In this document: one piece after another, positions 20,932 through 28,844 of the stretch | Position numbering within the stretch: position 1 is the stretch's first letter | How the letters are laid out: every line of letters starts with the position of its first letter | Notes under the pieces: model-generated | Database searches by the model: none | Told to the model about the DNA's origin: nothing | The model's input: only the letters and a program-made list of their open reading frames with translations | IMG/VR virus record: IMGVR_UViG_3300037467_000252 | Location: 1-44,342 of that record | Source: a virus | Strand: one strand, 5' to 3' | Length of the DNA stretch: 44,342 nucleotides | Program-made: the position numbers and the translations under genes

Positions 20932-22611
20932 ATGGGCTGGCGTTCCAATCGCAACCCTCAGTTCCGCACCCAGTTCGCGGAACAAATCTTCAATCAGAAG
21001 TACGCCCATGAGGGGTGCGAGACTTGGGCCGACCTTGCCCGCACACTCGTCACCCAGGTGTGCTCAGAGCACATGTACAAGAGCGAAGTCGAGGAACTGA
21101 TCGGCTTCGTCACGGACATGAAGTTCATCCCCGGCGGGAGGTATCTCTACTACGCTGGACGGCCTAACCCCTTCTTTAATAATTGCTATCTCCTCAAGGC
21201 CGAGGAAGACAGTCGCGAGGACTGGGCGAACCTGTCCTGGAAGTCTGAGAGCTGTCTCATGACCGGTGGCGGCATCGGTGCCGACTACTCGGTCTACCGG
21301 CCGGCTGGCTCGCTGATCAAGCGCACCGGAGGGACGGCCTCAGGCCCGATCCCGAAGATGCTCATGATCAACGAGATCGGCCGCAGGGTGATGCAGGGTG
21401 GCTCGCGCCGCTCGGCCATCTACGCCTCCCTCGACCACAGCCACCCGGATGCCAAAGACTTCCTGGTCGCCAAGGACTGGCACAACATGCCGGTCGGCAA
21501 TACAGGCCTGACGCTCTGGGACATCAAACAACAGGACTTCAATTTTCCTGCGCCGCTGGACATGACCAATGTGTCCCTTAACTACGACGACAAGTGGCTC
21601 GACCACTACCGCCGTACTGGGGACTATGGCGACATCTTCCACATGAACGTGGCGCAGGCCCTGCGTACCGCGGAGCCGGGCTTCTCGTTCAACTTCGGTG
21701 AGCACGCGGGCGAGACGCTCCGCAACGCCTGCACCGAGGTCACGAGCCGGGACGACAGTGATGTCTGCAACCTGGGCTCGGTGAACATGAGCCGCATCGA
21801 GACCATCCAGGAGTTCGACCATGTGGTCGAGCTGGGCACCAAGTTCCTGCTGTGCGGGACCCTGAAGGCCCAGCTTCCCTACCAGAAGATCTACGAGACG
21901 CGGGAGAAGAACCGCCGCCTCGGGTTGGGCTTGATGGGTGTCCACGAGTGGCTCATCCAGCGTGGATCTCGGTACGAGGTCACGGACGAGCTACGCAAGT
22001 GGCTCAACGTCTACGCGCAGACCAGTGAGTACACCGGCCTCGACTTCGCGGAGGAGCTGGAGATCTCGGACCCGGTGGCGTTCCGCGCCATCGCACCGAC
22101 CGGGACCATCGGCATCCTGGCTGGCACCACCACCGGCATCGAGCCCCTGTTCGCGGTCGCCTACAAGCGCCGCTGGCTGAAGGGCGACAAGGAGTGGAAC
22201 TACCAGTACGTCGTTGACGGTGCTGCGCAAGAACTCATCGACCGCTACGGGGCTGACCCGGAGACGATCGAAAGTGCCATCGACCTCGCCGCAGACTTCG
22301 AGCGGCGGATCAAGTTCCAGGCCGATGTCCAAGACTTTGTGGACATGGCAATCTCGTCCACGATCAACCTCCCCGCATGGGGAACGGAGCTGAACAATGA
22401 GGGCACTGTGGCAGGCTTTGCGGGCACTCTTGCTCGCTATGCACACCGTCTCCGTGGCTTCACTTGCTACCCGGATGGCGCAAGAGGAGGTCAGCCGCTC
22501 ACGTCGGTCCCGTACCGGGAAGCGGTAGAGAACCTCGGCAAGACCTTCGCGGAGGCTGCCTGGACCGACATCTGCGAGGTGTCCGGTAAGGGCGGTTCCT
22601 GCGGAATTTAG
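20932..22611 (+). CDS. nrdJ: Class II (cobalamin-dependent type) ribonucleotide reductase, short phage form
   Basis: PGGRYLYYAG, NPFFNNCYLL, GGGIGADYS, catalytic-loop DVCNLGSVNMSRI, APTGTIGILAGTTTGIEP and a C-terminal Cys pair CEVSGKGGSCGI. A single 559-aa chain with no separate small subunit. Confidence 0.85.
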   Translation: MGWRSNRNPQFRTQFAEQIFNQKYAHEGCETWADLARTLVTQVCSEHMYKSEVEELIGFVTDMKFIPGGRYLYYAGRPNPFFNNCYLLKAEEDSREDWANLSWKSESCLMTGGGIGADYSVYRPAGSLIKRTGGTASGPIPKMLMINEIGRRVMQGGSRRSAIYASLDHSHPDAKDFLVAKDWHNMPVGNTGLTLWDIKQQDFNFPAPLDMTNVSLNYDDKWLDHYRRTGDYGDIFHMNVAQALRTAEPGFSFNFGEHAGETLRNACTEVTSRDDSDVCNLGSVNMSRIETIQEFDHVVELGTKFLLCGTLKAQLPYQKIYETREKNRRLGLGLMGVHEWLIQRGSRYEVTDELRKWLNVYAQTSEYTGLDFAEELEISDPVAFRAIAPTGTIGILAGTTTGIEPLFAVAYKRRWLKGDKEWNYQYVVDGAAQELIDRYGADPETIESAIDLAADFERRIKFQADVQDFVDMAISSTINLPAWGTELNNEGTVAGFAGTLARYAHRLRGFTCYPDGARGGQPLTSVPYREAVENLGKTFAEAAWTDICEVSGKGGSCGI

Positions 22612-22629
22612 GACACCCGAAAGCTGAAT

Positions 22630-22659
22630 GGTTGGAAGGGGTTAGCACCCTTTCCAGCC
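22630..22659 (+). other. 12-bp hairpin GGUUGGAAGGGG-UUAGCA-CCCUUUCCAGCC after the RNR gene
   Basis: The stem includes two G-U pairs and no T-tract follows. It may be a phage-RNAP pause, terminator or processing element. Confidence 0.5.
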
Positions 22660-22664
22660 AATCA

Positions 22665-22686
22665 CCAGGACCACTAGGAAACCCCC
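22665..22686 (+). promoter_or_regulatory. CCAGGACCA-family motif (CCAGGACCACTAGGAAACCCCC)
   Basis: It heads the block from 22688 through portal, scaffold, lysis and capsid genes, which ends at terminator 28216. Confidence 0.5.
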
Positions 22687-22687
22687 G

Positions 22688-22876
22688 ATGAAAAAACCAA
22701 TCATCGAAGAACAGCTCCTACAGTACCTCTCAGAGATGTTCCCTGATCAGGTTCCTAACATCAACGATCACGATCGTGAGGTGTGGGCACAGGTTGGGGT
22801 TCAGCGGGTCATCCGACACCTGAAGGGGATCTACGAGGAGCAGAACGAAAACATTCTGACCCGAGAGGTACTCTGA
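22688..22876 (+). CDS. Hypothetical protein (62 aa)
   Basis: Track ORF with a clean, lower-G+C, protein-like translation. Confidence 0.5.
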   Translation: MKKPIIEEQLLQYLSEMFPDQVPNINDHDREVWAQVGVQRVIRHLKGIYEEQNENILTREVL

Positions 22877-22879
22877 CCC

Positions 22880-23095
22880 ATGTGCTTTGGCGGTAGCTCG
22901 CACAACGACCCTACTCCCCCGCCTCCAGCTCCGCCCCCGGCACAGCCCACGGCAGCGGTAGCTCAGACGGCCCCCAAGACCGACAGCTCGCAGAACGACA
23001 GCCTCAACGCCGCTCGCGTTGGACGCGCTGCTCTGCGGATCGACCCGACCCAGCCCACCACGACCGGTGGCAGCGGCCTGAACATCCCAACCTAA
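22880..23095 (+). CDS. gp6.7/gp7.3-like small virion protein (tentative)
   Basis: It starts MCF like T7 gp6.7 as I recall it and ends GGSGLNIPT, reminiscent of the T7 gp7.3 C-terminus GGGINI. It lies just upstream of the portal gene. Confidence 0.4.
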   Translation: MCFGGSSHNDPTPPPPAPPPAQPTAAVAQTAPKTDSSQNDSLNAARVGRAALRIDPTQPTTTGGSGLNIPT

Positions 23096-23099
23096 TCGG

Positions 23100-24698
23100 A
23101 TGAGCCAGACCGCCGCGGGGCGGTACGCGAACCTCGTCTCGCAACGATACGTCTTCCTGGAGCGCGCAAGAGATTGCGCCAGGGTGACGATCCCCACGAT
23201 CATGCCACCGGCTGGTCATGGCCCGACGACCAAGTACCCGACCCCCTTCCAGTCGATGGGCGCGCGGGGCCTGAACAATCTGGCCTCCAAGCTCGTCCTG
23301 GCCCTCCTGCCTCCCAACTCCCCCTTCTTCCGCCTCGTCATCGACGACTTCGCGCTGGAGAAGATCACCGGCCAGCCCGGCATGCGGGGTGAGGTAGACA
23401 AGGCCCTCAACAAGATCGAACGCGCGGTGCAGACCGCGGTCGAAGCGAACGCCGTGCGGACCACCGCATTCGAGGCGTTCAAGCAACTGATCAACAGCGG
23501 CAACGTGCTCTGCTACCTGCCTCCCGAAGGTGGCATGCGAGCCTTCCGCCTGGACAGCTACGTCGTCCACCGTGACCCTTCCGGCAACGTCCTGGAGATC
23601 GTCACCGAGGAGGACATCAGCCCGTCCGTGCTCCCGAACGTCATCCGCAAGGTCATCAGGGCTCGCAAGCTCGCGGGCAACGATGGCGACAAGGATGGAG
23701 ACGAGAGCACCGAGAAGACCATCAAGCTCTACACCTGGGTTCGCCGCACCGACAAGCACTGGGCGGTTCACCAGGAGGTGGAGGGGGAAGTGATCCCCAA
23801 GTCCAAGGGCACCTATCCGCTCGACAAGAGCCCGTGGATGCCCCTGCGCTGGACCAAGATCGACGGTGAGGACTACGGACGTGGACTGGTCGAGGAATAC
23901 CTCGGGGACCTCAGGTCTCTCGAAGGACTCTCCCAGGCCATCGTGGAGGGCAGCGCAGCCGCTGCCAAGATGCTCTTCCTGGTGAAGCCCAACGGCAACA
24001 CCCGTATCGACACGATCTCCAAGGCCCCGTCAGGAGCCGTTCGCGCCGGAAATGCCGAGGACGTGACGGTGCTCCAGCTCAACAAGCACGCCGACTTCTC
24101 GGTGGCCCAGCAGACCATGCAGCAGATCGAGGAGCGCCTGTCCCAGGCCTTCATGCTCGCCCAGTCCGCGACCCGCCAAGCGGAGCGTGTGACGGCCGAG
24201 GAGATCCGCCTCATGGCTGGCGAGCTGGAGGACAGCCTCGGCGGCGTCTACAGCCTCATGAGCCAGGAGTTCCAGCTCCCGCTCGTGAACCGCCTGATGC
24301 ACCAGATGGAGCGTCAGGGGAAACTCCCCGCTCTCCCGCCGGGCATGATCAAGCCGGCCATCACCACGGGCCTCGAAGCCCTCGGGCGTGGCAACGACAT
24401 GACCAAGCTCCAGCGCCTCCTTCAGAACCTGGAACCCCTTGGCCCCGAACAGATCGCACAGCGGCTGAACGTGGGCGAGTACATCAAGCGGGTTGGCACG
24501 GCTGACGGTATCGAGATGGACGGCCTCATCTACTCGGATGATCAGGTCCAGCAGAACCAGCAGCAGGCCCAGATGATGGAGATGGTCAAGCAGCTCGGTC
24601 CTCAGGCTCTCAATCAGGCCGGTGGGATCACCCAGTCCCTCATCGACCAGCATACGAAGCTCAATGGCCAAGCAGCCCCGCAAGCCGGCAACGGCTGA
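23100..24698 (+). CDS. Portal (head-to-tail connector) protein, T7 gp8-like
   Basis: Size, position and the conserved N-terminal region RYVFLERARDCARVTIPTIMPP...FQSMGARGLNNLASKL. Confidence 0.95.
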   Translation: MSQTAAGRYANLVSQRYVFLERARDCARVTIPTIMPPAGHGPTTKYPTPFQSMGARGLNNLASKLVLALLPPNSPFFRLVIDDFALEKITGQPGMRGEVDKALNKIERAVQTAVEANAVRTTAFEAFKQLINSGNVLCYLPPEGGMRAFRLDSYVVHRDPSGNVLEIVTEEDISPSVLPNVIRKVIRARKLAGNDGDKDGDESTEKTIKLYTWVRRTDKHWAVHQEVEGEVIPKSKGTYPLDKSPWMPLRWTKIDGEDYGRGLVEEYLGDLRSLEGLSQAIVEGSAAAAKMLFLVKPNGNTRIDTISKAPSGAVRAGNAEDVTVLQLNKHADFSVAQQTMQQIEERLSQAFMLAQSATRQAERVTAEEIRLMAGELEDSLGGVYSLMSQEFQLPLVNRLMHQMERQGKLPALPPGMIKPAITTGLEALGRGNDMTKLQRLLQNLEPLGPEQIAQRLNVGEYIKRVGTADGIEMDGLIYSDDQVQQNQQQAQMMEMVKQLGPQALNQAGGITQSLIDQHTKLNGQAAPQAGNG

Positions 24699-24713
24699 CC
24701 AAACCTCTGCACC

Positions 24714-24741
24714 GGTGGAGACCTCTTCGGGGGTCTCTACC
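24714..24741 (+). other. 12-bp hairpin with UUCG tetraloop after the portal gene
   Basis: GGUGGAGACCUC-UUCG-GGGGUCUCUACC, with two wobble pairs and no T-tract. Confidence 0.55.
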
Positions 24742-24809
24742 ACACCCTCAACCCGCAAGCCCCGCAAGGTCGAGAAGACCGATGACGGGCTGACAATCGA
24801 GCACTTCTG

Positions 24810-25682
24810 ATGTCCGACAGCACCTCACTGAACACGGGCGCTTCGCTCGACACCTCCGTGACCCCGGCTCCCGAGGGCCACGATGCCGCAATGGCGGCCA
24901 AGTTCGATGCCGCCCAGGTCGCCCCTGGCGCTGAAGGCTCGGCTGCTCCCCAGCGTCCCGACCACATCCCGGAGAAGTTCTGGAAGGACGGTCAGGTCGA
25001 TGTCGAGGGGCTCGCCAAGAGCTACCGCGAGCTGGAGAAGAAGCAGTCCGGCGCGAAGACCGAAGACACCCCGGCTGACGCCACCAAGACCGAGACGCCA
25101 CCGCCCCCGGCTACGCCCGCGGACGTGACGCCCGAGCATGCCCAGACGGCAACCCCCGATGCAACTCGGGAAGCCCTCAAGAGCACTGGCCTCGACTACG
25201 ATGCCATCTCAGCGCGCTTCCAAGCGAACGGCAAGCTCGCGGATGAAGACCGTGCGGCCCTGAAGGGCATCGGTCTGACCGACTCGGTGATCGACAGCTA
25301 CATCGCCGGCCAGCAGGCCCAGGCCAACCAGTTCGTCGCCACGGTGACGGAGCCGGTCGGCGGCCCGCAGGAGTACGCCAAGATCCAGACCTGGGCCGCG
25401 GCGAACATGACCCCGGCCGAGAAGGTCGCCTTCAACAACATCATGAACGGCTCGGATGTCGAGGCCGCGAAGTTCGCTATCGCCGGCCTGAAGTCCAAGT
25501 ACGACGCGGCCGTGGGCGTGGAGCCCCAGCTCGTCAACAGCGGCAACACCGCGCCCTCGCTCGGCCCCGTCTACCGGGACAACAGCGAGCTGATGAAGGA
25601 CATGCAGGACCCCCGCTACAAGACCAGCGAGGCGTTCCGGCGTGACGTTCGTGAGCGGCTGGCCCGCTCCAACATCCTGTGA
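24810..25682 (+). CDS. Scaffolding protein (gp9-like)
   Basis: It lies between the portal and capsid genes. Acidic, Ala/Pro/Thr-rich, low-complexity N-terminal half. Confidence 0.7.
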   Translation: MSDSTSLNTGASLDTSVTPAPEGHDAAMAAKFDAAQVAPGAEGSAAPQRPDHIPEKFWKDGQVDVEGLAKSYRELEKKQSGAKTEDTPADATKTETPPPPATPADVTPEHAQTATPDATREALKSTGLDYDAISARFQANGKLADEDRAALKGIGLTDSVIDSYIAGQQAQANQFVATVTEPVGGPQEYAKIQTWAAANMTPAEKVAFNNIMNGSDVEAAKFAIAGLKSKYDAAVGVEPQLVNSGNTAPSLGPVYRDNSELMKDMQDPRYKTSEAFRRDVRERLARSNIL

Positions 25683-25912
25683 ACCTCGTCCACAACTGGG
25701 AGGCCGTCCTCAAGCACGCCTGGAGCATCCGATTGGATCTCCTGAACATCGTGCTGACGGCGGCGCTCTCGGTCGTCCCGATCCTCACCGGCACCACCAT
25801 CATCCCTCCGCTCACCCTGGCGATCATCTCGCTCGTGCTGACCGTGGCCTCGATGGGGGTCCGGCTCATCAAGCAAGAGAAGGTCTCAGGAACCAATGAG
25901 CCGCCTGCGTAA
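25679..25912 (+). CDS. Holin candidate (two transmembrane segments)
   Basis: GTG start overlaps the scaffold stop. Transmembrane segments LLNIVLTAALSVVPILTG and LTLAIISLVLTVASMGV. It lies immediately upstream of, and overlaps, the endolysin gene. Confidence 0.55.
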   Translation: MNLVHNWEAVLKHAWSIRLDLLNIVLTAALSVVPILTGTTIIPPLTLAIISLVLTVASMGVRLIKQEKVSGTNEPPA

Positions 25913-26351
25913 GAGCGGCTACGCAGCGGCCCTCGCGGTCTCCCTCATCGGAGGCTTCGAGGGCCTGCGCACAGTCGCATACCGTGATGCGGTGGGCGTC
26001 CCTACGATCTGCTACGGCGAGACCAAGGGCGTCCACATGGGCGACACCACCACTAAGGCCTTGTGTGACGCCAAGTTCGTCTCTCGGCTGGATGAGTTCG
26101 CCACCAAGGTCGAGGGCTGCATCAAGCGGCCCATGTCCGACAAGACCGAGGTGGCCTTCACCTCGCTCGCCTACAACATCGGCCCGGCCGGCTTCTGCAA
26201 CTCCTCCGTTGTGCGAGAGTACAACAAGGGGAACTACAAGCTGGCCTGCAACAAGATGGAAGCCTTCAACAAGGCCGGGGGCCGTGTGCTCTTGGGTCTT
26301 GTGCGACGCCGCTCCGCTGAGAGCGCGCTATGCCTGGAGGGCATCGAATGA
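25896..26351 (+). CDS. SAR endolysin, GH24 (T4/P21-type) lysozyme
   Basis: Gly/Ala-rich N-terminal anchor SGYAAALAVSLIGG. Catalytic E-x8-D-x5-T in FEGLRTVAYRDAVGVPT. Confidence 0.85.
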   Translation: MSRLRKSGYAAALAVSLIGGFEGLRTVAYRDAVGVPTICYGETKGVHMGDTTTKALCDAKFVSRLDEFATKVEGCIKRPMSDKTEVAFTSLAYNIGPAGFCNSSVVREYNKGNYKLACNKMEAFNKAGGRVLLGLVRRRSAESALCLEGIE

Positions 26352-26413
26352 CCCGTCTCTACACACTGGTCGTCCTGACCGTGGCCATCATCAAGAAGGC
26401 CCTCGGTCGATGA
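26348..26413 (+). CDS. 21-aa hydrophobic mini-ORF between the endolysin and i-spanin genes
   Basis: ATGA overlaps at both ends. Translation is MTRLYTLVVLTVAIIKKALGR. Confidence 0.25.
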   Translation: MTRLYTLVVLTVAIIKKALGR

Positions 26414-26748
26414 TCCGCATCTACGCCATCGCCGGCCTCGTGCTCACCCTCATCCTGGGTGGGCTCGGGTCCTGCGCCTACACCGAGAAGCTCAAGGTCG
26501 CGCAGCAGGAGCTTCAGTCGGAGAACGCGACCCTGAAGGCCAACCAAGAGGCCCTCAAGCAGAAGATCGAGGCTGATCAGAAGATCCAGGCCTCAGACGC
26601 CGCTCGCGCTGCGGCAGACACCAAGCGCATCACCACCTTCAAGGAGAAGAGCCGTGCCACGATTAAGGGTACTCGGGACCCTGGTCATGTTGCTCTTGAC
26701 GCAGACGCTACTCAGCGCGTGCGTGACATCTTCGCAGCCGGCCATTAG
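26410..26748 (+). CDS. i-spanin (Rz-like)
   Basis: Internal ATG of ORF 25984..26748. N-terminal transmembrane segment IYAIAGLVLTLILGGLG followed by a coiled-coil region. Confidence 0.6.
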   Translation: MIRIYAIAGLVLTLILGGLGSCAYTEKLKVAQQELQSENATLKANQEALKQKIEADQKIQASDAARAAADTKRITTFKEKSRATIKGTRDPGHVALDADATQRVRDIFAAGH

Positions 26749-26965
26749 CCTCGTCACTGCACCTGACATCCCCGCGGATGTGAAGGCCTGCTTCGACAAG
26801 CTGGTGCCTGCTCCGAAGCAGACCACCATGACCACCAAGCAAGTCCTCGTGCTTATCGCCAAGCTCCGCAAGAGCGAGCTGGAGAAGGCCAACTGTGGCC
26901 ACCGAGTGATCTCGATGTGGCAGGACTATCAGGCTTCCTATGCAGGAGCCACCGAAGGGAGGTGA
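26654..26965 (+). CDS. o-spanin (Rz1-like lipoprotein), overlapped architecture
   Basis: Signal peptide with lipobox LLSAC. It starts inside the 3' end of the i-spanin gene in another frame. Confidence 0.6.
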   Translation: MPRLRVLGTLVMLLLTQTLLSACVTSSQPAISLVTAPDIPADVKACFDKLVPAPKQTTMTTKQVLVLIAKLRKSELEKANCGHRVISMWQDYQASYAGATEGR

Positions 26966-27012
26966 TCCAGATCTCGGCTCTGGGTCCGATCCCCAGATGT
27001 CGTTAGGACTAC

Positions 27013-27040
27013 GGGGTGCTCTAAAGTAACTGAGCACCCC
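27013..27040 (+). other. 9-bp perfect hairpin GGGGUGCUC-N10-GAGCACCCC in the capsid leader
   Basis: Read directly. It lies in a 257-nt non-coding, lower-G+C spacer. Confidence 0.6.
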
Positions 27041-27186
27041 ACTCTCGTGAAATGAGGAACTGGTCACACCTGCGCCAACAGTATGCGCGGTGACCCCAAG
27101 ACTTACCCCGACACAACACTGCAAATGCTTGGCCCCACCGAGGTGGGACAACCCTGTGTGAGCTGTGAGCAGTCGAAGGAAGAGTC

Positions 27187-27219
27187 ATGAACTTCCCTCA
27201 GAACACTCACGAGACTTAA
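27187..27219 (+). promoter_or_regulatory. 10-codon upstream mini-ORF (MNFPQNTHET) ending one codon before the capsid ATG
   Basis: GAAGGAAGAG lies just upstream of ATG 27187. Stop TAA 27217-27219 is followed by CAA and then the capsid ATG 27223, in the same frame. Confidence 0.35.
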
Positions 27220-27222
27220 CAA

Positions 27223-28179
27223 ATGGCAGACAATACCGTCGTCCGCGTTGGCCAGATCAATCAGACTGGCGACGTTCAGGCGCTGTTCCTCAAGGTCTTC
27301 GCTGGCGAAGTCCTTACCGCCTTCCACGCGAAGAACCTCGCTCTCGGCCGGACCCAGGTCCGCACGATCTCCAACGGCAAGTCGGCGCAGTTCCCGCGCA
27401 CCGGCCTCGTCTCGGCCCGCTACCACGTCCCCGGCACCGAGATCACTGGCGATCAGGCCAATCAGGCCGAGGTCGTGATCCCGATCGACGACCTCCTGAT
27501 CTCGGACGTGTCGATCGCGAACATCGACGAGGCGATGAACCACTACGACATCCGTTCGATCTACTCGAACGAGATGGGCGAGGCCCTGGCCCGAGCCATG
27601 GACCTCCACATCCTCCAGACCGCCGTCCTCGCGGCTCGCGGCAGCAATGTCGTGAACGGTCTGCCGGGTGGCTCGCAGATCACCCTCGCCGCCGCTGGTG
27701 ACGAGCTGGATGGCGTCAAGTTCGCCGCCACGCTCTTCAAGGCCGCCCAGATCCTGGACGAGAAGAACGTCCCGGAGGAGGGCCGTACCTTCTGGCTCCG
27801 TCCGGCCCAGTACTACGCGCTCGCGCAGAACACCACGACCATCAACCAGTTCTGGGGTGGCCGCGGTTCGTATGCCGAGGGCTCGGTGCTCAAGGTCGCC
27901 GGCTTCGAGCTGATCAAGACCAACAACCTGCCCTCCACGGTCGTCGCGAACGGCACCGTCGAGGCTGGCACGGGCGACCGCTACGCGGGCGACTTCTCCA
28001 ACACCGTTGGTCTGGCGCTGCACTCCAGCGCGGTCGGCACCGTGAAGCTGCTCGATCTGGGCATGGAGTCCGAGTACTCCGTCCGCCGTCAGTCCACCCT
28101 GATGGTCGGCAAGTACGCCTGCGGCCACGGCATCCTCCGTCCCGAGGCTGCGGTCGAGGTGGTGAAGGCTGCCGCGTAA
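27223..28179 (+). CDS. Major capsid protein (T7 gp10-like, HK97 fold family)
   Basis: Size, position after the scaffold gene and a typical T7-group capsid N-terminus (GDVQALFLKVFAGEVLTAF...GKSAQFP). Confidence 0.95.
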   Translation: MADNTVVRVGQINQTGDVQALFLKVFAGEVLTAFHAKNLALGRTQVRTISNGKSAQFPRTGLVSARYHVPGTEITGDQANQAEVVIPIDDLLISDVSIANIDEAMNHYDIRSIYSNEMGEALARAMDLHILQTAVLAARGSNVVNGLPGGSQITLAAAGDELDGVKFAATLFKAAQILDEKNVPEEGRTFWLRPAQYYALAQNTTTINQFWGGRGSYAEGSVLKVAGFELIKTNNLPSTVVANGTVEAGTGDRYAGDFSNTVGLALHSSAVGTVKLLDLGMESEYSVRRQSTLMVGKYACGHGILRPEAAVEVVKAAA

Positions 28180-28185
28180 GCGGAC

Positions 28186-28204
28186 CTATCCACCCCCGCA
28201 CAAC
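28186..28204 (+). promoter_or_regulatory. CTATSCACC-family motif, late-type (CTATCCACCCCCGCACAAC)
   Basis: It lies between the capsid stop and the strong terminator. Confidence 0.5.
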
Positions 28205-28215
28205 TAACCACCCTG

Positions 28216-28251
28216 GCCGGGAGTCCCTCACGGGGCTCTCGGCTTTTTTTT
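28216..28251 (+). terminator. Strong intrinsic terminator after the capsid gene (T7 T-phi analogue by position)
   Basis: 12-bp stem GCCGGGAGUCCC-UCAC-GGGGCUCUCGGC with two wobble pairs, followed by T8. Confidence 0.8.
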
Positions 28252-28261
28252 CGGAGCCATC

Positions 28262-28843
28262 ATGGACCTCATTCCGACCACTGAGCTGATGGCCGTCAAC
28301 ACCATGCTGCGAGCCATCGGGGAGAGCCCGGTCAACTCGCTCGACAACACCGGCATGGTGGATGCGGTCCTGGCGCAACAGACCCTGGAGACGGTTTCCC
28401 GTCACGTCCAGGAACGCGGCTGGTATTGGAACACCAAGGAGAACCTTCTCCTGGTTCGCTCCTATCCCGACAAGACCATCATCCTCCCCGACAACACCCT
28501 CAGGGTGGACACCGTAGGGGACGACAACCGGACACATCCCGTCATCCAGCGGGGCAACCGGCTCTACAACAAGAAGACCAACAGCTTCGTCTTCGATAAG
28601 GACCTGCGCGTCGATCTGGTCGAGTTCCTGGCCTTCGAGGATCTGCCTCAGGCTGCGCGGACGTACATCACCCTCTCCTCAGTTCGGAAGTTCCAGGAGG
28701 ACCGCGTGGGCTCTGAAGCCCTCGCCAAGATGCAGCAGCAGGACGAAGCGGTCGCCTGGAACGAGCTGATCAGCGCGGAGGCCGAGACGATGGACGCCTC
28801 GATCTTCCAGAGCTGGGGCGTGGCACGAGTTCTGGACCGGTAA
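28262..28843 (+). CDS. Tail tubular protein A (gp11-like)
   Basis: MAVNTMLRAIGESPVNSLD...SRHVQERGWYWN matches the gp11 N-terminal signature. Confidence 0.9.
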   Translation: MDLIPTTELMAVNTMLRAIGESPVNSLDNTGMVDAVLAQQTLETVSRHVQERGWYWNTKENLLLVRSYPDKTIILPDNTLRVDTVGDDNRTHPVIQRGNRLYNKKTNSFVFDKDLRVDLVEFLAFEDLPQAARTYITLSSVRKFQEDRVGSEALAKMQQQDEAVAWNELISAEAETMDASIFQSWGVARVLDR

Positions 28844-28844
28844 G

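Noticed and set aside
24664-24810. 48-codon basic ORF overlapping the portal 3' end and ending in a TGATG overlap with the scaffold start.
   Set aside because: Most of it is occupied by a 12-bp UUCG-capped hairpin, and it has no Shine-Dalgarno sequence. The coupling-like overlap may be coincidental. I kept it only as a remote possibility.
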